From contig CAVVLJ010000017.1 in assembly GCA_963749075.1 (NCBI GenBank), forward strand, positions 864,001 through 928,000: a stretch of DNA of 64,000 nt, written 5' to 3'. A model generated the notes under the pieces. It saw nothing but the letters and a program-made list of their open reading frames with translations. It did no database searches and had not been told where the DNA came from. A program made the translations under genes and the position numbers. The stretch comes from an uncultured Pseudomonadota bacterium. Its GTDB lineage: Bacteria; Pseudomonadota; Alphaproteobacteria; JACZXZ01. This document shows, piece after piece, positions 38,491-49,217 of the stretch; the first letter of the stretch is position 1; each line of letters starts with the position of its first letter.

Positions 38491-40547
38491 GTGCGCCGAA
38501 TGGCGGCTGGCGCATCGGCGTCGATGTCGGCGGAACCTTCACCGACCTCGTCTTGGCCGGACCCGGACAGGGATTTCGCGTCTTCAAAGTGCCGTCGGTT
38601 CCGGCAGATCCGAGCCAGGGCGTGCTGAGCGCGCTTGACAGGGCCGCCGAGGCCGAAGAGCTGCCGATCCGCGAGCTCCTCGGCCGCTGCACGCTGTTCG
38701 TCCATGGTTCGACGATCGCCACCAATACGGTGCTCGAAGGCAAGGGGGCGCGCGTCGGCATGCTCGCGACGGCTGGATTTCGCGACGCCGTGGAAATTCG
38801 CCGCGGCGCGCGCGACGATCCGTGGGACCATCGGACTCCCTACCCGCCGGTCCTCGTGCCGCGCTATCTGCGGCTTCCGATCCGGGGGCGGATCGACGGC
38901 AAGGGGCGCGAAGTGGAGCCGCTGGCCGCGGATGAAATTCCAGCGGCGCTCGAGGTCTTTCGCAACGAGAGCGTCGAAGCGGTGGCCATTTGCCTTTTCA
39001 ACAGCTTCGCCAATCCCGCCCATGAGCGCGAAGCCGCCAAGAGACTCGAAGGCTTTGCCAACGGGTTCGTATCGCTCTCGAGCGAGATCTCGCCGATCAT
39101 GGGAGAATACGAACGCTCGTCGACCGCCGTTCTGAATGCCTATGTCGCTCCCCGCACCCTCTCCTACCTTCGCTCCCTCAACGGGCGGCTCGGCGAATTG
39201 GGGCTCGGCTCGCCGCTCTTGCTCATTCAAAGCAACGGCGGCGTCGTCTCCGTGGCGGAGCTCGGCGATCGGCCGGTCACCCTGCTTCTGTCGGGGCCGG
39301 CTGCGGGTCGCGGCGCCCTGCAATATTACAGCGGGGCGATCGGCTCCACGGACCTCGTGTCGATGGAGATCGGCGGCACCAGCTGCGACGTCATCCTGAT
39401 GAGCCAAGGCGAGGTCGCCTTCACGGACATGCTCGATATCGGCGGCTACAAGTGCGCGAGTCCTGCGATCGAGGTCCATACGATCGGCGCGGGAGGCGGC
39501 ACCATCGCGCGCGTGGATGCGGCGGGTCTGCTTCAGGTCGGCCCGAAAGGTGCGGGTGCCTACCCGGGCCCGGCCTGTTACGGCCTCGGCGGCAGCGATC
39601 CCACCATCACCGACGCTCAAGTCGTGCTTGGGCGACTGAAGTCGGGCTCGTACGCCGGCGGTGCGATGACGATCGACGGCGGATTGGCGGCCAAAGCGAT
39701 CGAAGAAGCGATTGCAGCTCCGCTCGGGCTGTCGCTCGAACGGGCGGCGGCCGGCATGATCCAGCTCATGGAGCAGAAGCTGCTTCACGCCGTCCAGCGC
39801 GTCAGCACGGAGCGCGGCCACGACCCGCGCCGACTGACCCTGGTCGCAGCAGGGGGTGCGGGCCCTCTGCATGCCGCGGCCGTATCCCGCGCGCTCGGCT
39901 GCTCGCGGGCCTACGTTCCGCGCCTGTCCGGGGCGTTTTGCGCGCTCGGCATGCTGCACGCGGACGTGCGCCACGACTACCTTCGCATGTTCATCGAGAA
40001 GCTCCACGGCGCGGACGCGGACGCGGTCGAGACGATATTTCGCGAGCTCGAGGAGCAGGCGACCGCGGCACTGGCGCGCGAGGGATTCGCCCAAGTCGAC
40101 ATGCGCCTCGCCCGCGCGCTCGACCTCCGTTACATAGCCCAGCAATGGGATATTACGGTCCCCTTGGGCACGGCCTTCGACCCGGCCGTCGTTCGCCGCG
40201 ATTTCGAGCTGGAGCATGACCGCTTGTTCGGTCATACCCAGCCCGGCGGAGCGATCGAAATCACGAAGCTCCGGATGAGCGGCTTCGGGCGGATTCCCCG
40301 TCTCCAGCAAGTCGAGGCCCCGCGCGCCACGGCGGACCCCCAACCGACCGAGCATCGCCGCGTCTGGATCGACGGCCGGACCGACTGGTGCGAGACGCCG
40401 GTCTACGACGGCACGCGGCTCCAAGCCGGAAACGTCATCGCCGGCCCCGCCGTGATCGACGAGACGACGACGACGCTGCTGCTGGGCAAAGGCGACCGGC
40501 TCACGGTCGATGCAAGCGGCAATTACAGCATCGAGATTTCGAGGTAG
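38487..40547 (+). CDS. Hydantoinase A/5-oxoprolinase ATP-binding subunit
   Basis: IGVDVGGTFTD, HGSTIATN, SGPAAG, EIGGTSCD, TIGAGGG, PGPACYG. Confidence 0.93.
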   Translation: MSAPNGGWRIGVDVGGTFTDLVLAGPGQGFRVFKVPSVPADPSQGVLSALDRAAEAEELPIRELLGRCTLFVHGSTIATNTVLEGKGARVGMLATAGFRDAVEIRRGARDDPWDHRTPYPPVLVPRYLRLPIRGRIDGKGREVEPLAADEIPAALEVFRNESVEAVAICLFNSFANPAHEREAAKRLEGFANGFVSLSSEISPIMGEYERSSTAVLNAYVAPRTLSYLRSLNGRLGELGLGSPLLLIQSNGGVVSVAELGDRPVTLLLSGPAAGRGALQYYSGAIGSTDLVSMEIGGTSCDVILMSQGEVAFTDMLDIGGYKCASPAIEVHTIGAGGGTIARVDAAGLLQVGPKGAGAYPGPACYGLGGSDPTITDAQVVLGRLKSGSYAGGAMTIDGGLAAKAIEEAIAAPLGLSLERAAAGMIQLMEQKLLHAVQRVSTERGHDPRRLTLVAAGGAGPLHAAAVSRALGCSRAYVPRLSGAFCALGMLHADVRHDYLRMFIEKLHGADADAVETIFRELEEQATAALAREGFAQVDMRLARALDLRYIAQQWDITVPLGTAFDPAVVRRDFELEHDRLFGHTQPGGAIEITKLRMSGFGRIPRLQQVEAPRATADPQPTEHRRVWIDGRTDWCETPVYDGTRLQAGNVIAGPAVIDETTTTLLLGKGDRLTVDASGNYSIEISR

Positions 40548-42295
40548 TGCCGGTGCCCCACGCCGACCCCATCACGCTTGCGCTCGTGCAGAATCGGCTG
40601 GACCAGATCGCCAAACAGATGGGCTGGGTCATGGTGCGCACGTCGCGCAGCCCGATCTTCAATCAGTCGCACGATTTTTCCTGCTTCATCACCGATGCCA
40701 AAGGCACGATCGTCTCGCAGGCCGACGGCATTCCGATCCATACGGGCGGCGGCGGATTTGCCGTGCGGGCACTGATCGCGGCTTTCGCAGGCGGCATCGC
40801 CGAGGGCGACGCGTTCTTGCTCAACGATCCCTACGTGGCCGGCGGCAACCATCTCCCCGACTGGGTCGTGGCGCGCCCGGTCTTTGCCGAGGGAATGCTC
40901 CTCGCCTTTGCTTGCAACCGGGCGCATCAGTCCGACATCGGCGGGGGTGCCGCGGGAACCTACAATCCGCAGGCGACCGAGATATTCCACGAGGGCATCC
41001 GGTTGCCGCCGCTGAAGCTGATCGAGGAGGGCCGCGCGCGCGACGACCTCTGGCAGCTCCTGATGATCAATTCGCGCTGTCCGGATTTGCTGGACGGCGA
41101 TCTCCGCGCGATGCTCGGCGCCACGCGGGTCGGCGTCGAAGAGATCAGGCGCATCGCGGGCGATTTCGGCCCGCTCGAGACGGCCGCCCTTTTCGGCGAA
41201 ATCCTCGATCATGCCGATAGGCGCCTGCGATCCGCCATCTCGGAGCTTCCCGACGGGACCTACCGTGCCGAGGAACGCTTCGACAACGACTGCTTCGTCA
41301 ACGTGAAGGTCGCCTTGCGCATGACGCTCACGAAGACCGCGGACCGCATGGTCGTCGATTTCACCGGCACGGACCCCCAGATCCGCGGCTTCAAGAATTC
41401 CTCGCTCGCCAACACCTATTCGGCCGTCTATGCCGGCATCGCCTCGTTCTTCGACAGCGACCTCCCGCGCAACGAGGGCACGTTCCGGAGCGTATCGATC
41501 ATCGCGCCGCGCGGAACGGTCGTGAATGCGATGGCTCCAGCGGCGCTCACCATGTGCACGGTCTTCCCGGCTCACGAGATCATGCATATGGTCTGGTGGG
41601 CGTTGGGTCAGGCCGATCCGAAACGCGCCATCGCCGGATGGGGGAAAAACGTCTTTCCGGTCACCTCCGGCCGCGACGCCGATAGCATGACCTGGGTCAT
41701 GTACAATTGGGGCGGCAACTCCGGGGCCGGCGCGGTCGAAGGGCGCGACGGCTTCAATCAGATGGGGCCCATGGTCACGCTCGGCGGCCTCGTCATTCCC
41801 AATGCCGAAACCTACGAGCAGCTCTACCCCATCACGGTGCGCCGCCACGAGCTGCGCACGGACGGCGGCGGGCCGGGCCGCTATCGCGGCGGCACCGGAG
41901 TGGCCTACGAGGTCGACGTGCATTGCCCGGCCGAATACTCCTTCCGCGGCGAGGGCGTCACGCGGCCAACTGGGCTCGGCGTGGAGGGCGGGCGAGCGGG
42001 CTCCGCCGGCGAGGTGCGGATCACCCAAGCGGACGGCGCATCGCGCACCCCCGATCCCTATTGTCTCTGGGCGCTCCCACCGGTGCGGCTGTCGATCCTG
42101 TCCTCGGGCGGCGGCGGCTTCGGGGATCCCCTCGCCCGGCCGGTCGATCTGGTGGTGCGCGACGTGCGCGATGGACTGGTGAGCTGGGAAGCAGCCGAGA
42201 CGGAGTACGGGGTCGTGCTGTCGGCCGACGGCCGGTCAGCGGACGGCGCCGCCACCCGACAACTAAGGCAGACGAGGTGCGCAAACCTCAATTGA
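40547..42295 (+). CDS. Hydantoinase B/5-oxoprolinase subunit
   Basis: SPIFNQSHDFS, NDPYVAGGNHLPD, HQSDIGG, EIFHEG, GGGGFGDP. Confidence 0.93.
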   Translation: MPVPHADPITLALVQNRLDQIAKQMGWVMVRTSRSPIFNQSHDFSCFITDAKGTIVSQADGIPIHTGGGGFAVRALIAAFAGGIAEGDAFLLNDPYVAGGNHLPDWVVARPVFAEGMLLAFACNRAHQSDIGGGAAGTYNPQATEIFHEGIRLPPLKLIEEGRARDDLWQLLMINSRCPDLLDGDLRAMLGATRVGVEEIRRIAGDFGPLETAALFGEILDHADRRLRSAISELPDGTYRAEERFDNDCFVNVKVALRMTLTKTADRMVVDFTGTDPQIRGFKNSSLANTYSAVYAGIASFFDSDLPRNEGTFRSVSIIAPRGTVVNAMAPAALTMCTVFPAHEIMHMVWWALGQADPKRAIAGWGKNVFPVTSGRDADSMTWVMYNWGGNSGAGAVEGRDGFNQMGPMVTLGGLVIPNAETYEQLYPITVRRHELRTDGGGPGRYRGGTGVAYEVDVHCPAEYSFRGEGVTRPTGLGVEGGRAGSAGEVRITQADGASRTPDPYCLWALPPVRLSILSSGGGGFGDPLARPVDLVVRDVRDGLVSWEAAETEYGVVLSADGRSADGAATRQLRQTRCANLN

Positions 42296-42302
42296 CAGGG
42301 AG

Positions 42303-43397
42303 ATGGCAATGACCAAGCGAACGGCGTTCAACCGGAGCCTGCTCAAGGCGGCATGCTGCGCACTGCTCTCTGTCGGCACCGTCGGCTGGGCAACGATGCC
42401 CGGCAGCCGTGCCGACGAGCTTCCCGTGAGCGACAAGATCCCGGCAGCGGTGACCAAGATTCGAGTCATGACCTACAACGGCGCCTACACGTCGCTGCCT
42501 GCGCACATCGCCAAGGACCTCGGCTTCTACGCAAAATACAATCTCGACGCCGAGCTGACCGTGGTGAATTCCGGACCGGCCGGCGTCGCCGCCCTGCTCG
42601 GCGGAAGCCTCGACTTCATCGAACCGCCGACCGATCAGATCATCGAGAACCAGATCAAGGGAACCGACCTCAAGATCGTCGTCGGCAACGAAATAAAGAA
42701 CTTCTTCAATCTCATCGTATCGGCCAAGGTGCCGCTTCCGCACGCCGGCAAGGGCTATCCGGAGGTCATGCATGACCTCAAGGGCCTGCGCATCGGGGTC
42801 AACGCCCTCGGCGCGAGCACGCACCTGATGATGAACGCGCTCCTCAAGGGTGCCGGGATGACGCCGGACGACGTGACCTACGCCGCCGACGGCTCGTCGA
42901 ATACGGCGCTTGCCGCCTGGCAAGCGGACCGCATCGATGCCCAGATGGCCTTCACGCCGTTTCCCGAAATCATCCAGGCGCTGGGTACCGGGCGGTCGGC
43001 CATCGACCTCAGCAACGGACAGGGACCGGCGATCCTGCAGAAGCTCGGCGCGGCATTCGAGGATTTCTCGGCAAAGGGCTCCTACATCCGCGAACACCCG
43101 GATGTCGTGAACGCCTTCATCAAGGCGCATGTCGATGCGATCGACTGGATCAAGAATCCGGCCAACCGGGGCAAGCTGGCCGAGGAGGTCGGCAGCTACG
43201 TGAATACGGCGATCATTCCTGCGGACAAGCGGAGCGAAACCGTGGGCTTGATGATCGACAACTACAACCGCTACTTCGGCTATACGGTCGACCGCGGGGC
43301 CGTCGATGCGTGGAATCAATACCTCATCGAGAATCAGCTGATTCCGCATGCGGTGGACGCGGCGGACGTCATCTATGCAGGGGCGCCGAAACCTTGA
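42303..43397 (+). CDS. ABC transporter substrate-binding protein, NitT/TauT family
   Basis: Signal peptide; IAKDLGFYAKYNLD, DLKGLRIGV, REHPDVVNAFIKA. Confidence 0.85.
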   Translation: MAMTKRTAFNRSLLKAACCALLSVGTVGWATMPGSRADELPVSDKIPAAVTKIRVMTYNGAYTSLPAHIAKDLGFYAKYNLDAELTVVNSGPAGVAALLGGSLDFIEPPTDQIIENQIKGTDLKIVVGNEIKNFFNLIVSAKVPLPHAGKGYPEVMHDLKGLRIGVNALGASTHLMMNALLKGAGMTPDDVTYAADGSSNTALAAWQADRIDAQMAFTPFPEIIQALGTGRSAIDLSNGQGPAILQKLGAAFEDFSAKGSYIREHPDVVNAFIKAHVDAIDWIKNPANRGKLAEEVGSYVNTAIIPADKRSETVGLMIDNYNRYFGYTVDRGAVDAWNQYLIENQLIPHAVDAADVIYAGAPKP

Positions 43398-44194
43398 GCA
43401 GCGAGACGGACGACGCCGGCGGGATTCTGATCGAGGGTGTGGTCCACTCCTACCGGAGCTCGCGAGCGCACCTGCCGGCACTCGATCGCATCTCTCTTAC
43501 CATCAGGCGCGGCGAGTTCGTCGCATTGGTGGGGCCGAGCGGCTGCGGCAAGACGACGTTGCTCGACATCTTGAGCGGCCTCATCCGGCTGCAGCAGGGC
43601 CGCGTGCTCTTGGCCCACGCTCCGCCCGCCGCCGGGCGCCGCGACACCGCCCGCATGTTCGCCCGGGACGCGCTCTTGCCGTGGCGGACGGCTTACGCCA
43701 ACGTGGATTTCGCCCTCTCGACGCGGAATCCGGACAGTCTCCGGCGCCGCACCATCATTCAATCCATGCTGCAGGACGTGGGCCTCGAGGGCTTCGAAAA
43801 CGCATATCCGCGAAAGCTCTCGCAGGGCATGCGGCAACGCGTGGCGTTGGCAAGGACGTTTTCGTTGGAGAGCAGTTTCATCTTCCTCGACGAGCCCTTC
43901 GGCGCCCTCGACGCACAGACGAAACTGGTGCTGCAAGACAAACTTCTGCACCTCTGGGAGAAATTCCAAAGCACGGTCGTTCTCGTCAGCCACGATCTGG
44001 CCGAGGCCGTGGCGCTGGCCGATCGCGTCGTCGTCATGTCCTCGCGACCCGGGCGCATCGCCGCCGACGTGTCGATCGCCCTCCCGCGACCGCGGTCCGT
44101 GGCCGCCCTGCAAAGCATGAGCGCATTCCACGATCTCTATTCCCGGCTGTGGCGGGAGCTCGAACGGGCGACGGGCGCAGTCGCGGGAGCGTGA
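43394..44194 (+). CDS. ABC ATP-binding protein, NitT/TauT family
   Basis: GPSGCGKTT, LSQGMRQR, LDEPFGALD, SHDLAEA. Confidence 0.92.
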   Translation: MSSETDDAGGILIEGVVHSYRSSRAHLPALDRISLTIRRGEFVALVGPSGCGKTTLLDILSGLIRLQQGRVLLAHAPPAAGRRDTARMFARDALLPWRTAYANVDFALSTRNPDSLRRRTIIQSMLQDVGLEGFENAYPRKLSQGMRQRVALARTFSLESSFIFLDEPFGALDAQTKLVLQDKLLHLWEKFQSTVVLVSHDLAEAVALADRVVVMSSRPGRIAADVSIALPRPRSVAALQSMSAFHDLYSRLWRELERATGAVAGA

Positions 44195-44195
44195 A

Positions 44196-45017
44196 TTGGC
44201 AAGGCCGACGACCGATGAGCCGCTCGAGCCGGGTTCGCCGCCAGGCGACGACGTCGGCCGATGGCACAAGGGGATGCCCATCCTCCTCGGGCGCCTCATC
44301 GTGCTTTTGGTATTTCTCGGCGCTTGGGAGGGATTGGCGCGTACGAACGCGATTCCGGCGGCGTTCATCGGGCAACCCTCGAAGTTCCTGCCGTTTCTCG
44401 CCGCTCAGCTCTGGAACGGAACAATTCCCCGCGCCGCCGTCGATACGCTTTCGGCCACCCTGACGGCCTTTGCGGTGGGCGGCATTCTCGCACTGGCGAC
44501 GGCGCTTGCACTCGCGGTTTCTCCGCTATTGAAGGCCTTGATCGACCCCTATATCGACGCGCTGAACGCCCTGCCGCGGGTGGCTCTCGTTCCGCTGTTC
44601 ATCGTCTGGTTCGGATTGGGGACATTGTCCAAAGTCGTTTCCGGCGTCTCCCTCATGTATTTCATCCTGCTCTACAACACGATTGCCGGCGCCCAATCGG
44701 TCGACCCTGATCATCTTCAACTCGCGCGCAGCCTCGGGCTGCCGCAAAGGCAGGTCTTTCTCCGCATCGTGATCCCGACGGCCGTGCCGTCCATTTTCGT
44801 AGGCCTCAGGCTCGGCCTCGTCTATACGCTGCTTGGCGTCGTGACCGCGGAGCTGATCGCCGGCGGAAAGGGTCTGGGCAGCCTGATCAGCTATTATTCC
44901 AACACCTTCGATGCGAACGGCGTTTTTGCGGTGCTTCTCGTGTTGATCGTGGTGGCCGACGTGCTCTCCATGATCATGACCAGGATCGAGCAATGGCTCA
45001 CGCGCTGGAACAGATAG
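44196..45017 (+). CDS. ABC permease, NitT/TauT family
   Basis: LPRVALVPLFIVWFG, EAA-like ARSLG, VTAELI. Confidence 0.9.
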   Translation: MARPTTDEPLEPGSPPGDDVGRWHKGMPILLGRLIVLLVFLGAWEGLARTNAIPAAFIGQPSKFLPFLAAQLWNGTIPRAAVDTLSATLTAFAVGGILALATALALAVSPLLKALIDPYIDALNALPRVALVPLFIVWFGLGTLSKVVSGVSLMYFILLYNTIAGAQSVDPDHLQLARSLGLPQRQVFLRIVIPTAVPSIFVGLRLGLVYTLLGVVTAELIAGGKGLGSLISYYSNTFDANGVFAVLLVLIVVADVLSMIMTRIEQWLTRWNR

Positions 45018-45050
45018 GGGCCGGGAGAGAGAGACGCCGCCCGGTGCGGG

Positions 45051-46301
45051 ATGGAGGACTCCAAGATGACTTCGCTGCCGAAGACCGGAAGATCATGGGA
45101 TGAGCTTGACCGCGAGATGGATGCCGCCGCAGCAGGCGATGTCGATTGGCGGCATGGCCGGCTCGGAGTCTATATCCATTATGCGGGCGACGACGTTCTC
45201 GAGGTGGCGAAGAAGGCTTATCTGAAGTTCTTCTCCGAGAACGGCCTCGGGCCCAAGGCCTTCCCAAGTTTGGCGCGGTTCGAGAGCGACGTTGTGGCCA
45301 TGACGCTCGGCCTGCTGCACGGCGGACCCGATGCGCGCGGTGCCATGACGACGGGCGGAACCGAAAGTATCTTTCTTGCGGTCAAATCGGCGCGCGATCG
45401 TGCGCGCCTCAAGCATCCGACCCTGGATCGGCCGCAGATCGTCGTGCCGAGAACGGCGCATCCGGCGTTCAACAAGGCAGCCCACTGGCTCGGGCTCGAG
45501 GTGCTTCGCGTTCCCGTCGGCAAGGATTTCCGGGCCGATGTGGAGGCCATGGCAGCCGCGGTCGGGCCGCGGACGATCATGCTCGTAGGCTCGGCGCCGG
45601 CCTTCCCTCACGGCGTCATGGATCCGATTCCCGAGCTCGGGACCCTTGCCGAAAATCATGGACTGTGGCTGCACGTCGATGCCTGCGTCGGCGGCTTCAT
45701 CGCACCCTTCGCGAAGCGTCTCGGCAATCCGCTTCCCGACTTCGATTTTGCCGTACCGGGCGTCGTCTCGATTTCCGCCGATCTGCACAAATACGGCTAC
45801 ACAGCGAAGGGCGCCTCGACAATCCTCTACCGCAACAATGAGGCGTTTGGATTTCAGGCCTATACGTTTTCCGATTGGCCGCGCGGCACATATGCGACGC
45901 AGACGCTGGTGGGCACGCGGCCGGGCGGTGCCATCGCGGCGGCCTGGGCGGTGATGAATTTCCTCGGCGAAGAAGGATACCTCGAGGTGACCCGCCGCAT
46001 CCTCGCGACAAGGAAGGCCATTGGCGACGGCGTCGCAAAGCTCGGGCTCGAGGTCTGGGGAAAGCCCGAGCTCAGCATCGTCGGCTACGGCTCGCGCGAG
46101 CTCGACATGGCTGCCGTTGCGGACCGCCTGGCCTCCCGCGGCTGGTTCGTGGGACGGCTGGCCGAGCCGCCGGGCATTCACCTCATGCTCAATCTCACCC
46201 ACGAGGCCATCGTCGGAGACTATTTGAGCAACCTCGAATGGTCGATCGGTGAGGTCCGCGCCGGCCGGGCGCGATCGACGATCTCGCAAGCGACCTATTG
46301 A
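45051..46301 (+). CDS. PLP-dependent sphingosine-1-phosphate-lyase-like aldolase/decarboxylase
   Basis: TTGGTESI, HPAFNKA, SAP.FPHGVMDPI, HVDACVGG, SISADLHKYG, GTRPGG. Confidence 0.85.
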   Translation: MEDSKMTSLPKTGRSWDELDREMDAAAAGDVDWRHGRLGVYIHYAGDDVLEVAKKAYLKFFSENGLGPKAFPSLARFESDVVAMTLGLLHGGPDARGAMTTGGTESIFLAVKSARDRARLKHPTLDRPQIVVPRTAHPAFNKAAHWLGLEVLRVPVGKDFRADVEAMAAAVGPRTIMLVGSAPAFPHGVMDPIPELGTLAENHGLWLHVDACVGGFIAPFAKRLGNPLPDFDFAVPGVVSISADLHKYGYTAKGASTILYRNNEAFGFQAYTFSDWPRGTYATQTLVGTRPGGAIAAAWAVMNFLGEEGYLEVTRRILATRKAIGDGVAKLGLEVWGKPELSIVGYGSRELDMAAVADRLASRGWFVGRLAEPPGIHLMLNLTHEAIVGDYLSNLEWSIGEVRAGRARSTISQATY

Positions 46302-46369
46302 GCGCGAGCGGGCTGACCCTGCCGCTCGACATTCAGGGCGGCGCTGCAACACGGCGTTGGAGGGCACCG

Positions 46370-47725
46370 ATGAATAGAGGCTCGAATGCCGACCGAATCT
46401 TTCATCGCGAGCTGGGCCGGGACTATCCGACCATCGATCGCGGCGACGGAATCTATCTCTACGACACGACGGGAAAGCGGTACATCGACGGTGCCGGCGG
46501 CGTCTTCGTCACGAACCTCGGTCATGGCAACAAGGCGGTTGTGGAAGCGCTGATTTCTCAGGCCCGGCGGGTCGGATTCGCGCATACCGGCAGCTTCACG
46601 AGCCAAGCGGCGATGGACTTCGCGGCCAAGCTCATCGAGCTTGCGCCGAATGGCTTCGCCAAGGTCTGGATGTCGACCTCGGGATCGACCGCCAACGAGA
46701 CCGCGATCAAATTGGCGCGCCAGTACCATCTCTTGACCGGAAATGCGGAGAAGACCCGCGTCATTGCGCGCTGGAACAGCTATCACGGGAGTACGCTCGG
46801 GGCACTGTCTCTCACGGGACAGCCCAGGCGCCGCGAACCGTACGAACCATACCTGTTGGGTTTTCCCCACATCGATCCCCCCTATTGCTACCGCTGTCCG
46901 CTCGGCAAGTCTCCGGCGACGTGCCATATCGACTGCGCCGACGAGCTCGAAAAAATCATTCGGCTGCTCGGCCCGCGGTATGTCTCTGCATTCATCCTCG
47001 AGCCGGTGTCCGGAGGACCTCTCGGCGCTCTCCCGGCTCCGGACGGCTATTTCCGCAAGGTCCGCGAGATTTGCGATCGATACGATGTCCTGCTCGTCGT
47101 TGACGAAGTCGTTTCCGGAATCGGACGTACCGGCCGGAACTTCGGGGTGGATCACTGGGGCGTCATTCCGGATCTGATTACGGTCGCGAAGGGCGTCGGG
47201 AGCGGATATGTGCCGATCGGGGCCACTCTGGTGCACGAAAGGATCTACAGCGCGTTCGAGACCGCGGCGGCGTCGTTTCGCCATGGCGAGACCTTCGCCG
47301 GACACGCGTTGGTTTGCGCCGTCGGCCTGGCAACGCTTCTGGAAATTGAACGGAATGGACTCGTCGAACGCGCGCGTGTCATGGGCGGATACCTCGGAAA
47401 GGCGCTTGAGGGGCTGCGCACTTTGCCGAGTGTCGGGGACGTTCGAGGGAAGGGGCTGCTCCGCGGAATCGAGTTGGTCCGGGACAAGGCAAGCAAAGCT
47501 CCCTACCCGCGGTCGCATCAGGTCGCGGAAAGGGTCGCCGCCGAGGCCGCGTCTCTCGGACTCTTGATCGTCGCAGGGAGCGGTTGCGTTGACGGCGTGG
47601 ATGGGGACACGCTTGCACTGGCGCCGCCATTCATCACGACCGAGGCGGACATCGATGAGATCGTCGGCATTCTGGGGACGGCGATCACGTCCATTGCGAA
47701 TGCCGAAATGTCCGCGTCCGCCTGA
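46370..47725 (+). CDS. Class III aminotransferase
   Basis: GKRYIDG, SGSTANE, SYHGST, DEVVSGIGRTG, AKGVGSGY. Confidence 0.92.
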   Translation: MNRGSNADRIFHRELGRDYPTIDRGDGIYLYDTTGKRYIDGAGGVFVTNLGHGNKAVVEALISQARRVGFAHTGSFTSQAAMDFAAKLIELAPNGFAKVWMSTSGSTANETAIKLARQYHLLTGNAEKTRVIARWNSYHGSTLGALSLTGQPRRREPYEPYLLGFPHIDPPYCYRCPLGKSPATCHIDCADELEKIIRLLGPRYVSAFILEPVSGGPLGALPAPDGYFRKVREICDRYDVLLVVDEVVSGIGRTGRNFGVDHWGVIPDLITVAKGVGSGYVPIGATLVHERIYSAFETAAASFRHGETFAGHALVCAVGLATLLEIERNGLVERARVMGGYLGKALEGLRTLPSVGDVRGKGLLRGIELVRDKASKAPYPRSHQVAERVAAEAASLGLLIVAGSGCVDGVDGDTLALAPPFITTEADIDEIVGILGTAITSIANAEMSASA

Positions 47726-47827
47726 TCCAAGGCACCGGCAATAGAACGCTGGTGCGGCCCTAAATGGCGAGTTAACGCGCCAATGCCGCGAGACCGGCGA
47801 GAAAGGCCGCCCCGGCCCGCCGGCGGC

Positions 47828-49081
47828 TCAGCCGAGCCTGACGAGGGCGTGGCGCTTCCTGCCGTGGGAGAGCTTGATGACGCCCTCGGCCGTGAGGTCG
47901 GCCAAGGTGAGCTGGCGCATCTCGTCGCCGACCACGGCATCGTTCACGCGCACGGCACCCTCGCGGATCTTACGGCGCGCGTCGCTGTTGCTCGCGGCGA
48001 GCCTGGCCTCGACGAGCGCCTGAAGGAGCGGCAGCCCGGAGGCGAGTGCCGTCCGGCTCACCGCGGCCTCGGGCAGCGCGTCGCCGAAGCGGCCCTCGAC
48101 AAAGGTGAGCCGCGCGGTCGCCGCCGCCGCCTTGGCCGCCGCCGCGCCGTGGCAGAGCGCAGTCGCCGCATCGGCGAGCACGGTCTTGGCCTCGTTGACG
48201 GCGCTGCCGGGGAGCGCCTCGAGCCGGGCGATCTCGTCGAGCGGGAGCTCGGTGAAGAGGCGGAGGAAGCGCCCCACGTCGGCGTCGTGCGTGTTGCGCC
48301 AGAACTGCCAATAGTCGTAGGCGCTGAGCATCTCGGCGTTGAGCCACACGGCGCCCGCCGACGTCTTCCCCATCTTGGCGCCCGAGGCGGTCGCGATGAG
48401 CGGGGTGGTGAGCGCGAAGAGCTCGCGGCCGTCGGCGCGGCGGGCGAGCTCGACGCCGTTCACGATGTTGCCCCACTGGTCGGAGCCGCCCATCTGCAGC
48501 GCGCAGCCATGGCGCCGGGCAAGCTCCAGGAAGTCGTAGGCCTGCACCACCATGTAGTTGAACTCGAGGAAGGAGAGCGGCTGCTCGCGCTCGAGCCGCA
48601 GCTTGACGCTGTCCATGGAGAGCATGCGGTTGACCGAGAAGTGCCGGCCGATGTCGCGCAGGAACGGGATGTACTCGAGCCGGTCGAGCCACTCCGCGTT
48701 GTCGACCATGAGGGCGTCGCCCGGGCCCCGGCCGAAGACGAGGAACTTCTCGAAGACGGCCTTGATGCTCGCCATGTTGGCGGCGATGTCGGCCTCGCTC
48801 AGGAGCTTGCGCACCTCGTCCTTGCCGGAGGGATCGCCGACCTTGGTGGTGCCGCCGCCCATGAGCACGATCGGCCTGTGCCCGCTCTTCTGGAAGTGGC
48901 GCAGCAGCATGACGCCGACGAGGTTGCCCACGTGGAGGCTCGGCGCCGTGCAGTCGAAGCCGATGTAGGCGACGACGGGACCGCCGGCCAGGCGCGCGTC
49001 GAGCGCTGCGGGATCGCTGATCTGGTGGACGAACCCGCGCTCCGTGACGGTCTTGAGAAAGGCGGAGCGGAACTCGGTCAT
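47828..49081 (-). CDS. tyrS: Tyrosine--tRNA ligase
   Basis: [15 protein letters not shown] (HIGH), [17 protein letters not shown]-terminal S4 domain. Confidence 0.97.
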   Translation of the reverse strand: MTEFRSAFLKTVTERGFVHQISDPAALDARLAGGPVVAYIGFDCTAPSLHVGNLVGVMLLRHFQKSGHRPIVLMGGGTTKVGDPSGKDEVRKLLSEADIAANMASIKAVFEKFLVFGRGPGDALMVDNAEWLDRLEYIPFLRDIGRHFSVNRMLSMDSVKLRLEREQPLSFLEFNYMVVQAYDFLELARRHGCALQMGGSDQWGNIVNGVELARRADGRELFALTTPLIATASGAKMGKTSAGAVWLNAEMLSAYDYWQFWRNTHDADVGRFLRLFTELPLDEIARLEALPGSAVNEAKTVLADAATALCHGAAAAKAAAATARLTFVEGRFGDALPEAAVSRTALASGLPLLQALVEARLAASNSDARRKIREGAVRVNDAVVGDEMRQLTLADLTAEGVIKLSHGRKRHALVRLG

Positions 49082-49217
49082 GGGCCTGCTGCAAAGGGAA
49101 GCGGCGGGCGTCATTGCCCGGTTGCCGGAAGCGCCGTGCTTTAGCACAATCGACCGCAAGGGACAACGCCGCGGCAGCCGGTGCGGCGGGCGCCGGATGG
49201 GCGGACGAGAGGCAAGC

